Of a stretch of 64,000 bases of DNA, positions 54,203 through 63,707 are shown piece after piece. The notes beneath the pieces were generated by a model. It had not been told where the DNA came from. It worked only from the letters and a program-made list of their open reading frames with translations, and searched no databases. The translations under genes and the position numbers were made by a program. The stretch lies in the IMG/VR virus record IMGVR_UViG_3300023096_000001, positions 6,134-70,133 of that record. One strand, given 5' to 3'. The first letter of the stretch is position 1. Every line of letters starts with the position of its first letter. The DNA is from a virus.

Positions 54203-54679
54203 ATGCAAATAATCATTGACAATCTTTACATCGGCAATCAGTACGACTTTCTCCCGGAAGGATGGGCTGTTGTAAACTGTGGGAAGTCACCTTGGCATCA
54301 GCAAGCCGTAGGCTATACGAAAAGTCTTGATAGCGCTCATCGGAACTATTTAATCCATGAGACAGAAGACGCGCTCAGTTTAAACCTTGTAGATGCTCCT
54401 TTCGAGTTTAAGCCACAATACACCGATCCTATCTTCAAGAAAGCATTTGAGTTTATCAATGCAAATAGAAAATCCCGACCGGTGTTGGTGCGCTGTAACC
54501 AAGGTTTATCAAGGTCTCCTTCGATTGTGCTGGCTTACCTTGGAAAGATGCTTCTGACAGCAGGTGATTATTATGAAGAGGCGCGCGAAGAGTTTAAAGA
54601 CCTTTACCCAGACTATGCGCCAGGTAAAGGTGTAGAGGCATATTTGAAGAACGGTTGGGATAGGATTATTAAGTTGTAA
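54203..54679 (+). CDS. dual-specificity/protein-tyrosine phosphatase
   Basis: QIIIDNLYIGN; VLVRCNQGLSRSPSIVLAYL (Cx5R). Confidence 0.85.
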   Translation: MQIIIDNLYIGNQYDFLPEGWAVVNCGKSPWHQQAVGYTKSLDSAHRNYLIHETEDALSLNLVDAPFEFKPQYTDPIFKKAFEFINANRKSRPVLVRCNQGLSRSPSIVLAYLGKMLLTAGDYYEEAREEFKDLYPDYAPGKGVEAYLKNGWDRIIKL

Positions 54680-54851
54680 TAAATTCATGATTTATTTTGC
54701 CTATTCTTACTATTTTAGGAGCTACAGCTACTTCTATATTTGAATCTACTTTAACTCCGTCGAATTTGACAGCTCCCATAGCAATTAGTCTTCTAGCTTC
54801 TCCCTTAAACTGAACTGCTTTACTTCCTACAATAATGTCAACTGCTTCCAT
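54669..54851 (-). CDS. stand-alone S4 RNA-binding domain, TyrRS C-terminal-like
   Basis: KGEARRLIAMGAVKFDGVKV...VRIGK; 60 aa. Confidence 0.7.
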   Translation of the reverse strand: MEAVDIIVGSKAVQFKGEARRLIAMGAVKFDGVKVDSNIEVAVAPKIVRIGKINHEFITT

Positions 54852-54875
54852 ATTATTTATTTATAAAAAGTTAAA

Positions 54876-55397
54876 TTATACAAATTCCAAACGTTCATCC
54901 AGCAATCCCTCTTCAGAGGCAATCCTCTGAGCGATCTTCCCAATTGAGAATAAATGTTTCTGGTTTTCTAAGTCTTCAGCATTCTTAGGCATGAGAGCGC
55001 CCATATAAGCCGGCTTGTGATTAATGGCTGCTACATGGCTATACCAATGATAGTTTGCTTTCATGGTACCATTCGCCACGTGCATAATGTTCACCATAAT
55101 ACTTGTATGCCATTTCCTGGCATGGGACACTCTTTTGATGTGATCCGGTATGGCATTGTAGTCTCCGTACTGCCCCATTCTAACACGGTGGAAGTCTGTA
55201 AACTTAATGTCGAAGTATTCGATTACCGCCAGCTCAATGATTTGCGTAGCGCTCTTCATATCGCCGTTTTTAGATATTAAACTGTAAAATAATTCTTCGA
55301 TGGTGTTTTCGATACCATGTATTCTTTCTTCGGCATGCGATAATCTTGTGATCAAATGGTTGACCAATTGAATCAATCCATCTTCGGTTTTCGACAT
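54876..55397 (-). CDS. coiled-coil plus DnaA domain IV-like HTH protein
   Basis: IIELAVIEYFDI...RVSHARK...YSHVAAINH echoes the DnaA C-terminal domain. Confidence 0.45.
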   Translation of the reverse strand: MSKTEDGLIQLVNHLITRLSHAEERIHGIENTIEELFYSLISKNGDMKSATQIIELAVIEYFDIKFTDFHRVRMGQYGDYNAIPDHIKRVSHARKWHTSIMVNIMHVANGTMKANYHWYSHVAAINHKPAYMGALMPKNAEDLENQKHLFSIGKIAQRIASEEGLLDERLEFV

Positions 55398-55457
55398 AAA
55401 CAATATATTTTATTTTCTGCCCGAAATATACTAAAAATATCCGTCGCAAAAAAGGAC

Positions 55458-55496
55458 TTGTAAGTCGAAATCTATATTGCGCTCTATCTAAATTTG
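55458..55496 (+). promoter_or_regulatory. putative late promoter TTGTAAGTCGAA-N19-TAAATTTG
   Basis: same 12-mer and spacing as 63708-63746. Confidence 0.65.
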
Positions 55497-55524
55497 AATC
55501 CAGAACCACAAAACAAAATATACA

Positions 55525-56460
55525 ATGGCGGATTCACTTGCATTAGATGCTTTCGAAAAGTTTAACCAGGAGATGGGATTCTCTGACAAGGATGATTCCT
55601 CGTTTGCGGGGTCTCCTATTGGATTTGACGATCAAATTGTAAAAGAACTCGAAAACCGCGTAAAAAGTACAATCCCTAAAGGAGTAGATACGCAGCGCAA
55701 TGATGCGGACGCAGCCGATCCTGAAAACTTTATTCCTGAGTATTGGAAAGGTCATGAGGATTTAATTACAAAAGGATTTGAGATCGAAGAGGATAAGACC
55801 AATTATTCTCAGCTGGCGATGCAGAAGTTTGGATCAGAGTATTCTCATTTAAACTCTCCAGAGCAGGTTTACGACGAATCTTTCCGTCAGACAGAAGGCG
55901 GCAATTATTTGAGTCAAAATCCTCGCTTCAGAGAGGCGCAAAAAGTATTGCAAGGCGGTGTTACCGATGCGGATTTAGTGCGCCAAGTGCTTCGCGAAAA
56001 GATGGATGCGGACCCGATCACGTTCTCTCGCAGAATGTTTGACGAACGTATTTCGGAGCTATTTGATGAAGATGGCTTAAATGAAGATGGCAAACGCATG
56101 GCAAATGCTTTCAAAGGGCATTATAAAAATGAATATGACAGAATCCTTCAGGAAGCCACCACTCATGCGGATAGTGCGCTTCAAAAGGAAAAAGAATACA
56201 GAAATGTCTTAACCGAGTCTTTGGAAAAGTTTAGCCCGTTCGGGGTGGAGCTTCCTGAGGATGCTAAGAACTACCTTAAGCAACTCGTTAAAAAAAATAT
56301 GGTTAATCCTTCTCAGCCGAAGACTCCAGAGGAACGCGCTGAACGTGCTATTAACGAAGCGATTTTCTCGGATAAAAAGCTCTTGGCAACTTTGCTTCGG
56401 GCAGTAGATAAAAGAGGTGTTGAAGTTGGTAAAACCCAAAAATTTAAAAGTAAATACTAA
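55525..56460 (+). CDS. putative capsid scaffolding protein
   Basis: acidic helical 311 aa immediately upstream of MCP. Confidence 0.6.
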   Translation: MADSLALDAFEKFNQEMGFSDKDDSSFAGSPIGFDDQIVKELENRVKSTIPKGVDTQRNDADAADPENFIPEYWKGHEDLITKGFEIEEDKTNYSQLAMQKFGSEYSHLNSPEQVYDESFRQTEGGNYLSQNPRFREAQKVLQGGVTDADLVRQVLREKMDADPITFSRRMFDERISELFDEDGLNEDGKRMANAFKGHYKNEYDRILQEATTHADSALQKEKEYRNVLTESLEKFSPFGVELPEDAKNYLKQLVKKNMVNPSQPKTPEERAERAINEAIFSDKKLLATLLRAVDKRGVEVGKTQKFKSKY

Positions 56461-56466
56461 AACGCA

Positions 56467-58044
56467 ATGGCAGACAAACTTAGAATAAGCGCTGGCTTCG
56501 GTAGCCGAAAAAGAGTAGCTGGAGATATCGCGCTTCGTGATGACTTGTTAGCTAAATACCCTGAGCAGTTTATCACTCAGATTATAAGTCGCATGAATCC
56601 GCGCTCACCTTGGTTGGTGTTTGGCAATCTTTTCGGGGAGGGCCAGGATATGTATACTAAGGATAAAGGTTTCGAAGTTGAAACTTCTACCATTGGAGCA
56701 GAATTTATCAGAATCGTTGAGGAAACGAAATATCGTCAGGTTTCACGTGTCGTGGATAACTCGCAAGTGCCAGATGTACTTACAGCGGGTGTGCCTTTTG
56801 ACCTATCTCTTGACTTTGGCATCCTTGACGAAGACGAACAGGTTAAGCTTCGTGATGCCCGTACCATGCTTCGTGTTGTGTCACGCCGTATCAATAATCA
56901 TGGGCACCTTGATGTTACGTTTGTATTGTCAGGTCAGGTAGGTGACACTGCGCCAGGAAGTCTTCTTCGTGTAGGCAGTCCTGTTCATTGGGGCTTTGGT
57001 AACACAAAAGGAGAAGGGTCTTCTCTTCCAAACAGCTTGCCGCTTGGTGCTTACAAAAAGAATACATTTGTAAACCCAACCATGATTACGCGTTATGGAT
57101 GGCAAGAGACAGGTTCTTATATCTCTGATGAAGTGGCAATGTTCGGTATCGAAAATGCCATGGACGGGTCTAAATCAATGATCAGAACTTCTCTTCCAAA
57201 AGAGGCGCTTGAATCATTCTTGACAAGTTTGGATGGTCAAATCATGGACTCTGTTTCCAACTTCGATCCAGAGACACTTGAAATTAACGGGTACAAAGGA
57301 AACTCTCCTTATCCAGACCGTCCTTCATACGCTGGTGTTCGTCAACAACTTGACCAAGCACACTTTCAGTATTTCCATCCTGTTAAAGCATCACTACCTT
57401 CTAATCTAAATCGGATTGAAAGTATTATGCAACAAATCCGTCAGGTATTCCCTAATTCGGATGTGTTGGTTGTAGGAGAAGGTGCCGGTATTAAGTGGGT
57501 GAAACAAGCAATTCGTTTTGCTCAGTCTACTTCAGGTGTAACCTTGTTCAGAAATGTGCCGGCTGATGGTAAAGTCGATATTGGCTTTGCGATTAACCGC
57601 TACATCACAGATGAAGGTAATCTGTATATGTATGATATGACAGATGCTTACCAGCCGAGCGGAGATTACGACACCTTCACATATGCGGGAATTACAAGCA
57701 GCGATCGTAGCCGTGAGCTATATTTCATCCCTGTGAAAACCTCAGCCGATGGTAGACGATTGAAGTCATTTAAATTGTACACCAAGTCGGGCGTTGGACC
57801 AAATGGCAACCGAGTAAACCGTGGCTTTGTTTATAACAAGATTCGTGGAAATACCGGCGAACTTGATGGTTTAAATGGCGATCAATTAATGAACTTGAAT
57901 GATGGGTCGTTGGAAGACATGGTTAGAAATCCATCTCGCTATGAGACAGGATCTACCTATGATGGAAATCAACACATGCTTCTTGCAGAGAATGTGCCTT
58001 ACATCGATGTGTATGGTATCATCAAATTGACTTTGGAAAGATAA
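56467..58044 (+). CDS. major capsid protein, crAss-like HK97 fold
   Basis: 525 aa, position after scaffold, biased codon usage, PTMITRYGWQETG segment. Confidence 0.75.
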   Translation: MADKLRISAGFGSRKRVAGDIALRDDLLAKYPEQFITQIISRMNPRSPWLVFGNLFGEGQDMYTKDKGFEVETSTIGAEFIRIVEETKYRQVSRVVDNSQVPDVLTAGVPFDLSLDFGILDEDEQVKLRDARTMLRVVSRRINNHGHLDVTFVLSGQVGDTAPGSLLRVGSPVHWGFGNTKGEGSSLPNSLPLGAYKKNTFVNPTMITRYGWQETGSYISDEVAMFGIENAMDGSKSMIRTSLPKEALESFLTSLDGQIMDSVSNFDPETLEINGYKGNSPYPDRPSYAGVRQQLDQAHFQYFHPVKASLPSNLNRIESIMQQIRQVFPNSDVLVVGEGAGIKWVKQAIRFAQSTSGVTLFRNVPADGKVDIGFAINRYITDEGNLYMYDMTDAYQPSGDYDTFTYAGITSSDRSRELYFIPVKTSADGRRLKSFKLYTKSGVGPNGNRVNRGFVYNKIRGNTGELDGLNGDQLMNLNDGSLEDMVRNPSRYETGSTYDGNQHMLLAENVPYIDVYGIIKLTLER

Positions 58045-58068
58045 CAATAACAAAACGAACCACATATT

Positions 58069-59088
58069 ATGACTTTAGTAACAGCTTCCATAAAGCAAAC
58101 TTCGGCTATTAGGAAAGAGCTATATCCTCCGAAGAGAACTCAGGTGATTTCATCTGGGTTCTCCGGGAAGATTGAGCCTGATAAGCCCGCCCGTGAGTTT
58201 AGTTTCACGAGTGACGGAGATGACGTTGTAGATCTCATTATCGAAGGCACAAAAACATTCGACTTGAGCGATCCGATTGACAAACACAACTGGGATGTAT
58301 TAAATATCTTTTGTGCATTAAATCCTTATAGTGCAAAGAGTTTATTGCTTTACAACCCACAAGAAGCAGTTGAGCGTCAGATTACTAAAGACAAACAAAT
58401 CTTTGAAGTGGAGAAATTCCTTCGGGATCATGAGCAGGATGAGATTTTATTGGGACAGTTGTATAGACGCGTTGTAGGTCCTGCTACTGGATTGACGGCA
58501 AAGCAGATATTCAATAAACTCATTAACGTCGCAAAAGAAGATTCAGACAAATTCATGGTGGGTGATAAAATTGTCAGCCTTACACAGGATTTTGAATTAA
58601 TGGCACTTTTGGACATAGCACTTGAAAAGGGTATTGTCTTTAAGGACAGCGAGGGTCGTATTAAGAAAGACCGTGATACCATTTACGCCAAAAGCCAGGA
58701 GGACGCTGCATTTCAGTTAAAAAGCGATGTAGACTTTAAGGTGTACTTGCAAAGAGGTGTTGATCCGAAAGCAACTGGCAAGCAGCAGCCTTACGAGCCC
58801 AAATTTGAAGATTCTGATTTTGTTAAACTTGCATCTTCTCTTGGGAAGGAAGTGGGAACAAAAACGCTGGATAACCAAGGATTGGGTGATGACGAAGATA
58901 CGATCAAGGTAAATATCGAAGACTTTAAAGATGCTTCTCTTATTCATGTAGAAGGGAAAGGCCCTCAGACAAAGTATTTGATCCCAACGATCACGCAGGA
59001 GAAGTTCACCAAAAAAGAGCTTGTTGCATTCTTCCAGAAGAATCAGCCTTTTTATGATCAACTAAAAGAAAGTGTCCAAGTTAAATAA
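58069..59088 (+). CDS. accessory capsid protein following MCP (crAss-like conserved gene)
   Basis: FDLSDPIDKHNW motif; synteny. Confidence 0.55.
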   Translation: MTLVTASIKQTSAIRKELYPPKRTQVISSGFSGKIEPDKPAREFSFTSDGDDVVDLIIEGTKTFDLSDPIDKHNWDVLNIFCALNPYSAKSLLLYNPQEAVERQITKDKQIFEVEKFLRDHEQDEILLGQLYRRVVGPATGLTAKQIFNKLINVAKEDSDKFMVGDKIVSLTQDFELMALLDIALEKGIVFKDSEGRIKKDRDTIYAKSQEDAAFQLKSDVDFKVYLQRGVDPKATGKQQPYEPKFEDSDFVKLASSLGKEVGTKTLDNQGLGDDEDTIKVNIEDFKDASLIHVEGKGPQTKYLIPTITQEKFTKKELVAFFQKNQPFYDQLKESVQVK

Positions 59089-59735
59089 TGCCGAAATTAA
59101 CCAACCTTGAGATATTCAGGTACGCCTCTGAAAAGATCGACAAATCTAATTCTCCTGATGTTCAGAAATTAGCTTTTGTTTGGATGTATGAAGAGGCTCG
59201 GTTAGAATGGCTTCGTTTAAAGAGCAAAGATTTTGAGGTCACAGAAGCACAGCGCTCTGATCTGAGAATCTTTATCCGGGATACAGACTTAGGGAATGTT
59301 CGTAAATCATACATCAGTGATAATTTAAATGTCGCATTTATTTTAGGTGTATGGGCAGACTTTGATTTTGAATGCAATGGTACGGTCAATACATATACCA
59401 GGCCGATTATGCCTTTGAGTATTGATGAAGCTGCTGAGGCGATGACAGATCCCTTTAATCAGCCGGACGATGAATTTCCCCGGTATGTTGAAAGAAGAGA
59501 CGTGCAAGGGCTTTATTTTGATATACTGAGCACAAATGTACCGAAAGGTGTTTCTGTTTTTTACGTCAAAAAGCCAAACCCTTACGCATTGTTAACGGAT
59601 CCAAGCGGTTTCACCGAAGAGGATCAGGCGCAACAGTATGATATCATTGACAGAGCAGTAATGAAATATGAACTCAGCATTGAGAACTTTAACAAGTATC
59701 AGGGTATGGGTCAGGAAGTTCAAACAAACGGATAA
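59088..59735 (+). CDS. portal-proximal tail ring protein, crAss-like
   Basis: KIDKSNSPD...EEARLEW...FEVTEAQRSDLR; YVKKP. Confidence 0.75.
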   Translation: MPKLTNLEIFRYASEKIDKSNSPDVQKLAFVWMYEEARLEWLRLKSKDFEVTEAQRSDLRIFIRDTDLGNVRKSYISDNLNVAFILGVWADFDFECNGTVNTYTRPIMPLSIDEAAEAMTDPFNQPDDEFPRYVERRDVQGLYFDILSTNVPKGVSVFYVKKPNPYALLTDPSGFTEEDQAQQYDIIDRAVMKYELSIENFNKYQGMGQEVQTNG

Positions 59736-59754
59736 AATTTAATTAATAATAACA

Positions 59755-60924
59755 ATGAGAGAAAGACCTTTTGGTGTTCACAAAAGACAGCCAGGCGACT
59801 GCGGACAGTCTCCTGAGTTAGCCATCTACTATTCTGGAGCAACCACGGAAGTGCCTGTGCTGGAATTTGGAAACATTGTATTTAAGGGAGGGACTTCTCT
59901 TTACCCGGCTAAAACTACAGGGATTGGCACGGGTGACGGTAGTGCAACGGCAAGCAATTTCCATAAACTTCCATATCAAAATATTTTAAACGGAGGCTCA
60001 GGCGTAAAGATCCGCAGCTGTGGCACAGACCTGAAGCAGAAGGTCCGCTTTATGTGTCTTACGCCAGGCGCTTGTGAAATCGACGAGACGGTCTCTGTAG
60101 AGGTGCGTGCGATTGCGGATTGCGAACATCCGAAATGGATGAACTGGTCAAACCCGAAAGAAGCATACTTTGAGCTGGGCTGTATTGAGACTTGTACTCA
60201 GAAGTTAAACAAGCTGGTATCTCTTTTCAATAGCGATCCAGACTCTCCGGTAGTTGCTTCCAATGTAGGAAACATCTATTTAGAACTTGAATCGAAGGTA
60301 GCGGGTGTAGGCTTTGATGTAGTACGTGTACAAGGGCTTACAGAACCCGATGTGATCGTGCCAAACTTCCGCCGTACTTATACTGCTTTCAAAATGAGAG
60401 AGTGGTTTGGTGATGAGATATTTGGGCAATGTGATGCTGACAAATGTCTTTCAGCGATTGAAATTCATGAGATGGTTTATGAGCCTGTTCGTAAATTCGG
60501 AGGCACATCGAATCCAGCCACGGACCCAACGCATTTTGAACCTGTAAAGAAGACTGTCACGGTTGTATTTGACCCGGCTATTACCAATAGTCAGTCTGCT
60601 TACACAGCACTTGTTGCATTGTTAAATCCAACAGCATACAGCGCAGCGCTTGATAAAAAAGCCGCTTCGACAACTGCTTCTGATTTTGCGGTCTATGGAT
60701 TCTGCGTAACGCGTACAGACGCCGGCTCGCCAGCAAACCTAGCGACAGCGCAAACAGATTACACCAATAGCAATACGGTTTCTGTTTCCAGAAGTGATTA
60801 TCAAGGCGGCAAGTCATTCTATACTGTGGTATCTAAGGTAGCAACAGCGCCGACAGCGGTATCTGGCGATACAGTGGCAGTAGGATACTGTGGAGAGGAT
60901 GACGAGAACGTTGCAGGAGTTTAA
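59755..60924 (+). CDS. virion structural protein (head fibre/auxiliary capsid-like)
   Basis: 389 aa beta-rich, in the crAss-like capsid block. Confidence 0.5.
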   Translation: MRERPFGVHKRQPGDCGQSPELAIYYSGATTEVPVLEFGNIVFKGGTSLYPAKTTGIGTGDGSATASNFHKLPYQNILNGGSGVKIRSCGTDLKQKVRFMCLTPGACEIDETVSVEVRAIADCEHPKWMNWSNPKEAYFELGCIETCTQKLNKLVSLFNSDPDSPVVASNVGNIYLELESKVAGVGFDVVRVQGLTEPDVIVPNFRRTYTAFKMREWFGDEIFGQCDADKCLSAIEIHEMVYEPVRKFGGTSNPATDPTHFEPVKKTVTVVFDPAITNSQSAYTALVALLNPTAYSAALDKKAASTTASDFAVYGFCVTRTDAGSPANLATAQTDYTNSNTVSVSRSDYQGGKSFYTVVSKVATAPTAVSGDTVAVGYCGEDDENVAGV

Positions 60925-61015
60925 AACCTAGCGAAAGTTAATCGAACAATTGCTTTGCAGTGGGCAAGGTGATGTATAAAGAAAAAGGTTCTTGGTGGTT
61001 CGGGAACTTTCGTGG

Positions 61016-61051
61016 GGGCTCTCAATTAAAACGGAGAGCCCTTTACTATTT
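61016..61051 (+). terminator. intrinsic terminator after capsid block
   Basis: GGGCTCTC-N10-GAGAGCCC then TTTACTATTTT. Confidence 0.6.
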
Positions 61052-61065
61052 TAAAAGAACCACAT

Positions 61066-61416
61066 ATGACAATCAAAGAAACAATTTCACGGCTAAGAAA
61101 AGACCCAAGGGATGCTTGGTATTATATCCAAGGTACTTTTCGAATGAACCTTTACAATGGAAAGTTTAAGTGGCTTTTAAGGAAGCATATTCTTGAACAG
61201 TTTGAGTGGCGAAGGGATGAGACACCTGCCAAGCAGTGTGCTTTAAACAGAAGCTGCCTTTGTTGCGGATGCCTGACGCCAGACTTGTTTTTCTCAGATA
61301 AACCATGCAGTACGGGAAAAGACAAATGGTGCCAGGATCAAGAACTGGTGCAGTGTTATCCGGCGATGATGTCGCGCAGCAAATGGAATCAATATAAAAA
61401 ATGTAAACGCAAATAA
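61066..61416 (+). CDS. Cys-rich crAss-like protein
   Basis: YIQG.FR...HILEQFEWR...C..CGC..P.L...CYPAMM...W. Confidence 0.65.
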   Translation: MTIKETISRLRKDPRDAWYYIQGTFRMNLYNGKFKWLLRKHILEQFEWRRDETPAKQCALNRSCLCCGCLTPDLFFSDKPCSTGKDKWCQDQELVQCYPAMMSRSKWNQYKKCKRK

Positions 61417-61425
61417 ACGAACCAC

Positions 61426-61713
61426 ATGAGTTACTTCAGATTACAACATCAAGATTTTGGCAGCGTAAAATCAGGCGAAGCCGTTACTGTCGAATTTGTT
61501 AAAGTAGATAATGCACCTAAGGTGCGCTCTACACAGGGCACTTGCCACTGTACCAATCCGACGGACTATCCTGACCGGGTTTCTTCTACATACACCGGCG
61601 AAGGGATTGCTCCCGGATCGGAGGGTATACGGATATCCAAACGTGTTATCGTAAACTTCGTAGATGGTACGGTTGAGAATTTACTGATCACAGGCACACT
61701 GCTTCCAAAATGA
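61426..61713 (+). CDS. DUF1573-like small Ig-fold protein
   Basis: DFGSVKSGEAVTVEF...GTCHCT. Confidence 0.6.
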   Translation: MSYFRLQHQDFGSVKSGEAVTVEFVKVDNAPKVRSTQGTCHCTNPTDYPDRVSSTYTGEGIAPGSEGIRISKRVIVNFVDGTVENLLITGTLLPK

Positions 61714-63698
61714 GTAAAGCGGTCGAGGATCTTTTGGTAGGCCGGGATATAGACCCTTTTACGCATCCGAACTCTGTTCAGGTGCTGTACCGTCCTGTTG
61801 TGGCACTTCATGAAACAGACAAGGTGCCTCCTATTCCCAAGAAAGATCCTGAGGATCCGAACTTCAAATGGTGGGCGGAGCAGATTAAACGGTGTCAGCA
61901 TGGATGGGTGGCTCCTGATGGGCATTACCTGAACGGGTTCCTTTATTTCTATCTGAACTTTTGCAAGATTCCTTTACGGAAGGAGGGTAGCACGACCTTC
62001 GATTATGACTACCCTTTTTACCGGGATAACGATGAGGATATTCTCAATCAGATTTGGGCAAACCGGTACATGATGCTTCCGAATGGCAAGCGTAAGATGG
62101 CAAAGAGCCACGTGGAAGCAAAACCTCGTGGGATTGCCTGGACAACGTTTACCTTGCTAGGCGTGGGTATATACTATTTTGTGTTTAAGAATGACTTGAT
62201 CATGGGCTGCGCTTATCCGAATGATGAGGTGGTGACTACAGAACGTGATTGGTTTAAGAATACCTGGCTGAACTTGCATCCGATCTTTAAAAGAAGAGTC
62301 TGTAAAGAAGATAAGAAGGTAAGAGAAATGGTTCTCTTGAATGACAATCAAAACAAATTTTCTATTGGATATAAAGTCGGAAGGATATCAATACCCGTAA
62401 GTGAATGCCTCTTTGATGTAATTGGTCAAGAGACCAAAGCCGGGGTTTACAAAGGGAAGCGTTTGAATCTTGCGATTGCTGCGGAGGCGGGTCTTTGGAC
62501 AGGCGACTCTCTAAAAAACTATATCACAGAAAACGAACCTTCTATTCGTTTGGGAGATGAGCAGTGGGGGATGTTTCTGATTGGAGGCACATCTAACGCC
62601 ATCATCAATAAATCGACGGCGTACAGGGAAATTTTCGAGAACCCAGGAGCTTACAATGCAACCAGGCACTTCACCCCGAAGAGCAAGGTATTGTTTGGTC
62701 ATATTGATTACTTCACCGGCAAGTCGAAGGTAGAGGAGGCTTTGGAACAGATTAAAAAGTCTCGTGAATCAAAGACTGGAGACCAGGATGCGTACAATCA
62801 GGAGCTTATCGAGAACCCACTCCACTGGGAAGAAGCATTCTTGCCTAACAACAAGACGTCTGCTTACAATGTAGCACTGATCAATGAGCACCTGACGTGG
62901 ATCAAAATGAACCATGCAAACCATTGGGTGAAGGGCCGGCTTGAATACATCATGGACTTGAATAATAAGCCTACAGGCCGTGTGCAATTTATCGAGGATG
63001 GTGTGGGCGAATGGTTTATGAACAGGGAAGGAATGCCCACAGAAGCCTATGAGAACCTTCATATCGCAGCCATTGATGATAGATACAAAACAAGATATGG
63101 AAATCATAAAAACACGGCAGAAGATTCTCATAATGCAATGATCATTTACAGGAAACCTACAGGATATCCTATCAAGTCAGATATGCCTGTATGCGTGTAT
63201 TATGGTAAGCACCCAGATATGCTAGTGGCTTACGAAGAATTCTATAAAGGGATGTTATTTTATAACGTAGCGAAGACCCTTTACGAATACAACTCCGACT
63301 CTTTTATAAACTTCCTTAGAGAAAAAAAGGAGCTAAGCCGCCTTTTTTATATAAATAACATTCCAGGTATCAAAGTCGGCAACGAAGAAAAACAAGAGAT
63401 GACCCTTTTGGGTAGTATGTATTTCACTTCAGGGCGCTATAAAAACATCACATTGCCACTTATCCTGGAAGAACTTATCAAGTGGGGTACACGAAGAAAT
63501 ACGGATATTTCCTCGGCATTCCACCTTGTACTGTGGTTAATGGAGTTGACTGACTGCTTAGCGGTCACTGTGATGAATAAATCTTACGAAAATGAGAGCT
63601 ATGTGGTTAGGCTTGGGCCGAGCAAGCAAGATACCCGATCTCATGATGACTCCGATTACCCCATGATCCGTCTAGGTCCTACCTATGCGTACTCTTGA
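61710..63698 (+). CDS. terL: terminase large subunit, crAss-like
   Basis: WWAEQIKRCQHG...GFLYFYLNF; ATPase region; nuclease HIAAIDD, YEYN, DISSAF. Confidence 0.9.
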   Translation: MSKAVEDLLVGRDIDPFTHPNSVQVLYRPVVALHETDKVPPIPKKDPEDPNFKWWAEQIKRCQHGWVAPDGHYLNGFLYFYLNFCKIPLRKEGSTTFDYDYPFYRDNDEDILNQIWANRYMMLPNGKRKMAKSHVEAKPRGIAWTTFTLLGVGIYYFVFKNDLIMGCAYPNDEVVTTERDWFKNTWLNLHPIFKRRVCKEDKKVREMVLLNDNQNKFSIGYKVGRISIPVSECLFDVIGQETKAGVYKGKRLNLAIAAEAGLWTGDSLKNYITENEPSIRLGDEQWGMFLIGGTSNAIINKSTAYREIFENPGAYNATRHFTPKSKVLFGHIDYFTGKSKVEEALEQIKKSRESKTGDQDAYNQELIENPLHWEEAFLPNNKTSAYNVALINEHLTWIKMNHANHWVKGRLEYIMDLNNKPTGRVQFIEDGVGEWFMNREGMPTEAYENLHIAAIDDRYKTRYGNHKNTAEDSHNAMIIYRKPTGYPIKSDMPVCVYYGKHPDMLVAYEEFYKGMLFYNVAKTLYEYNSDSFINFLREKKELSRLFYINNIPGIKVGNEEKQEMTLLGSMYFTSGRYKNITLPLILEELIKWGTRRNTDISSAFHLVLWLMELTDCLAVTVMNKSYENESYVVRLGPSKQDTRSHDDSDYPMIRLGPTYAYS

Positions 63699-63707
63699 AA
63701 AAGAGCG

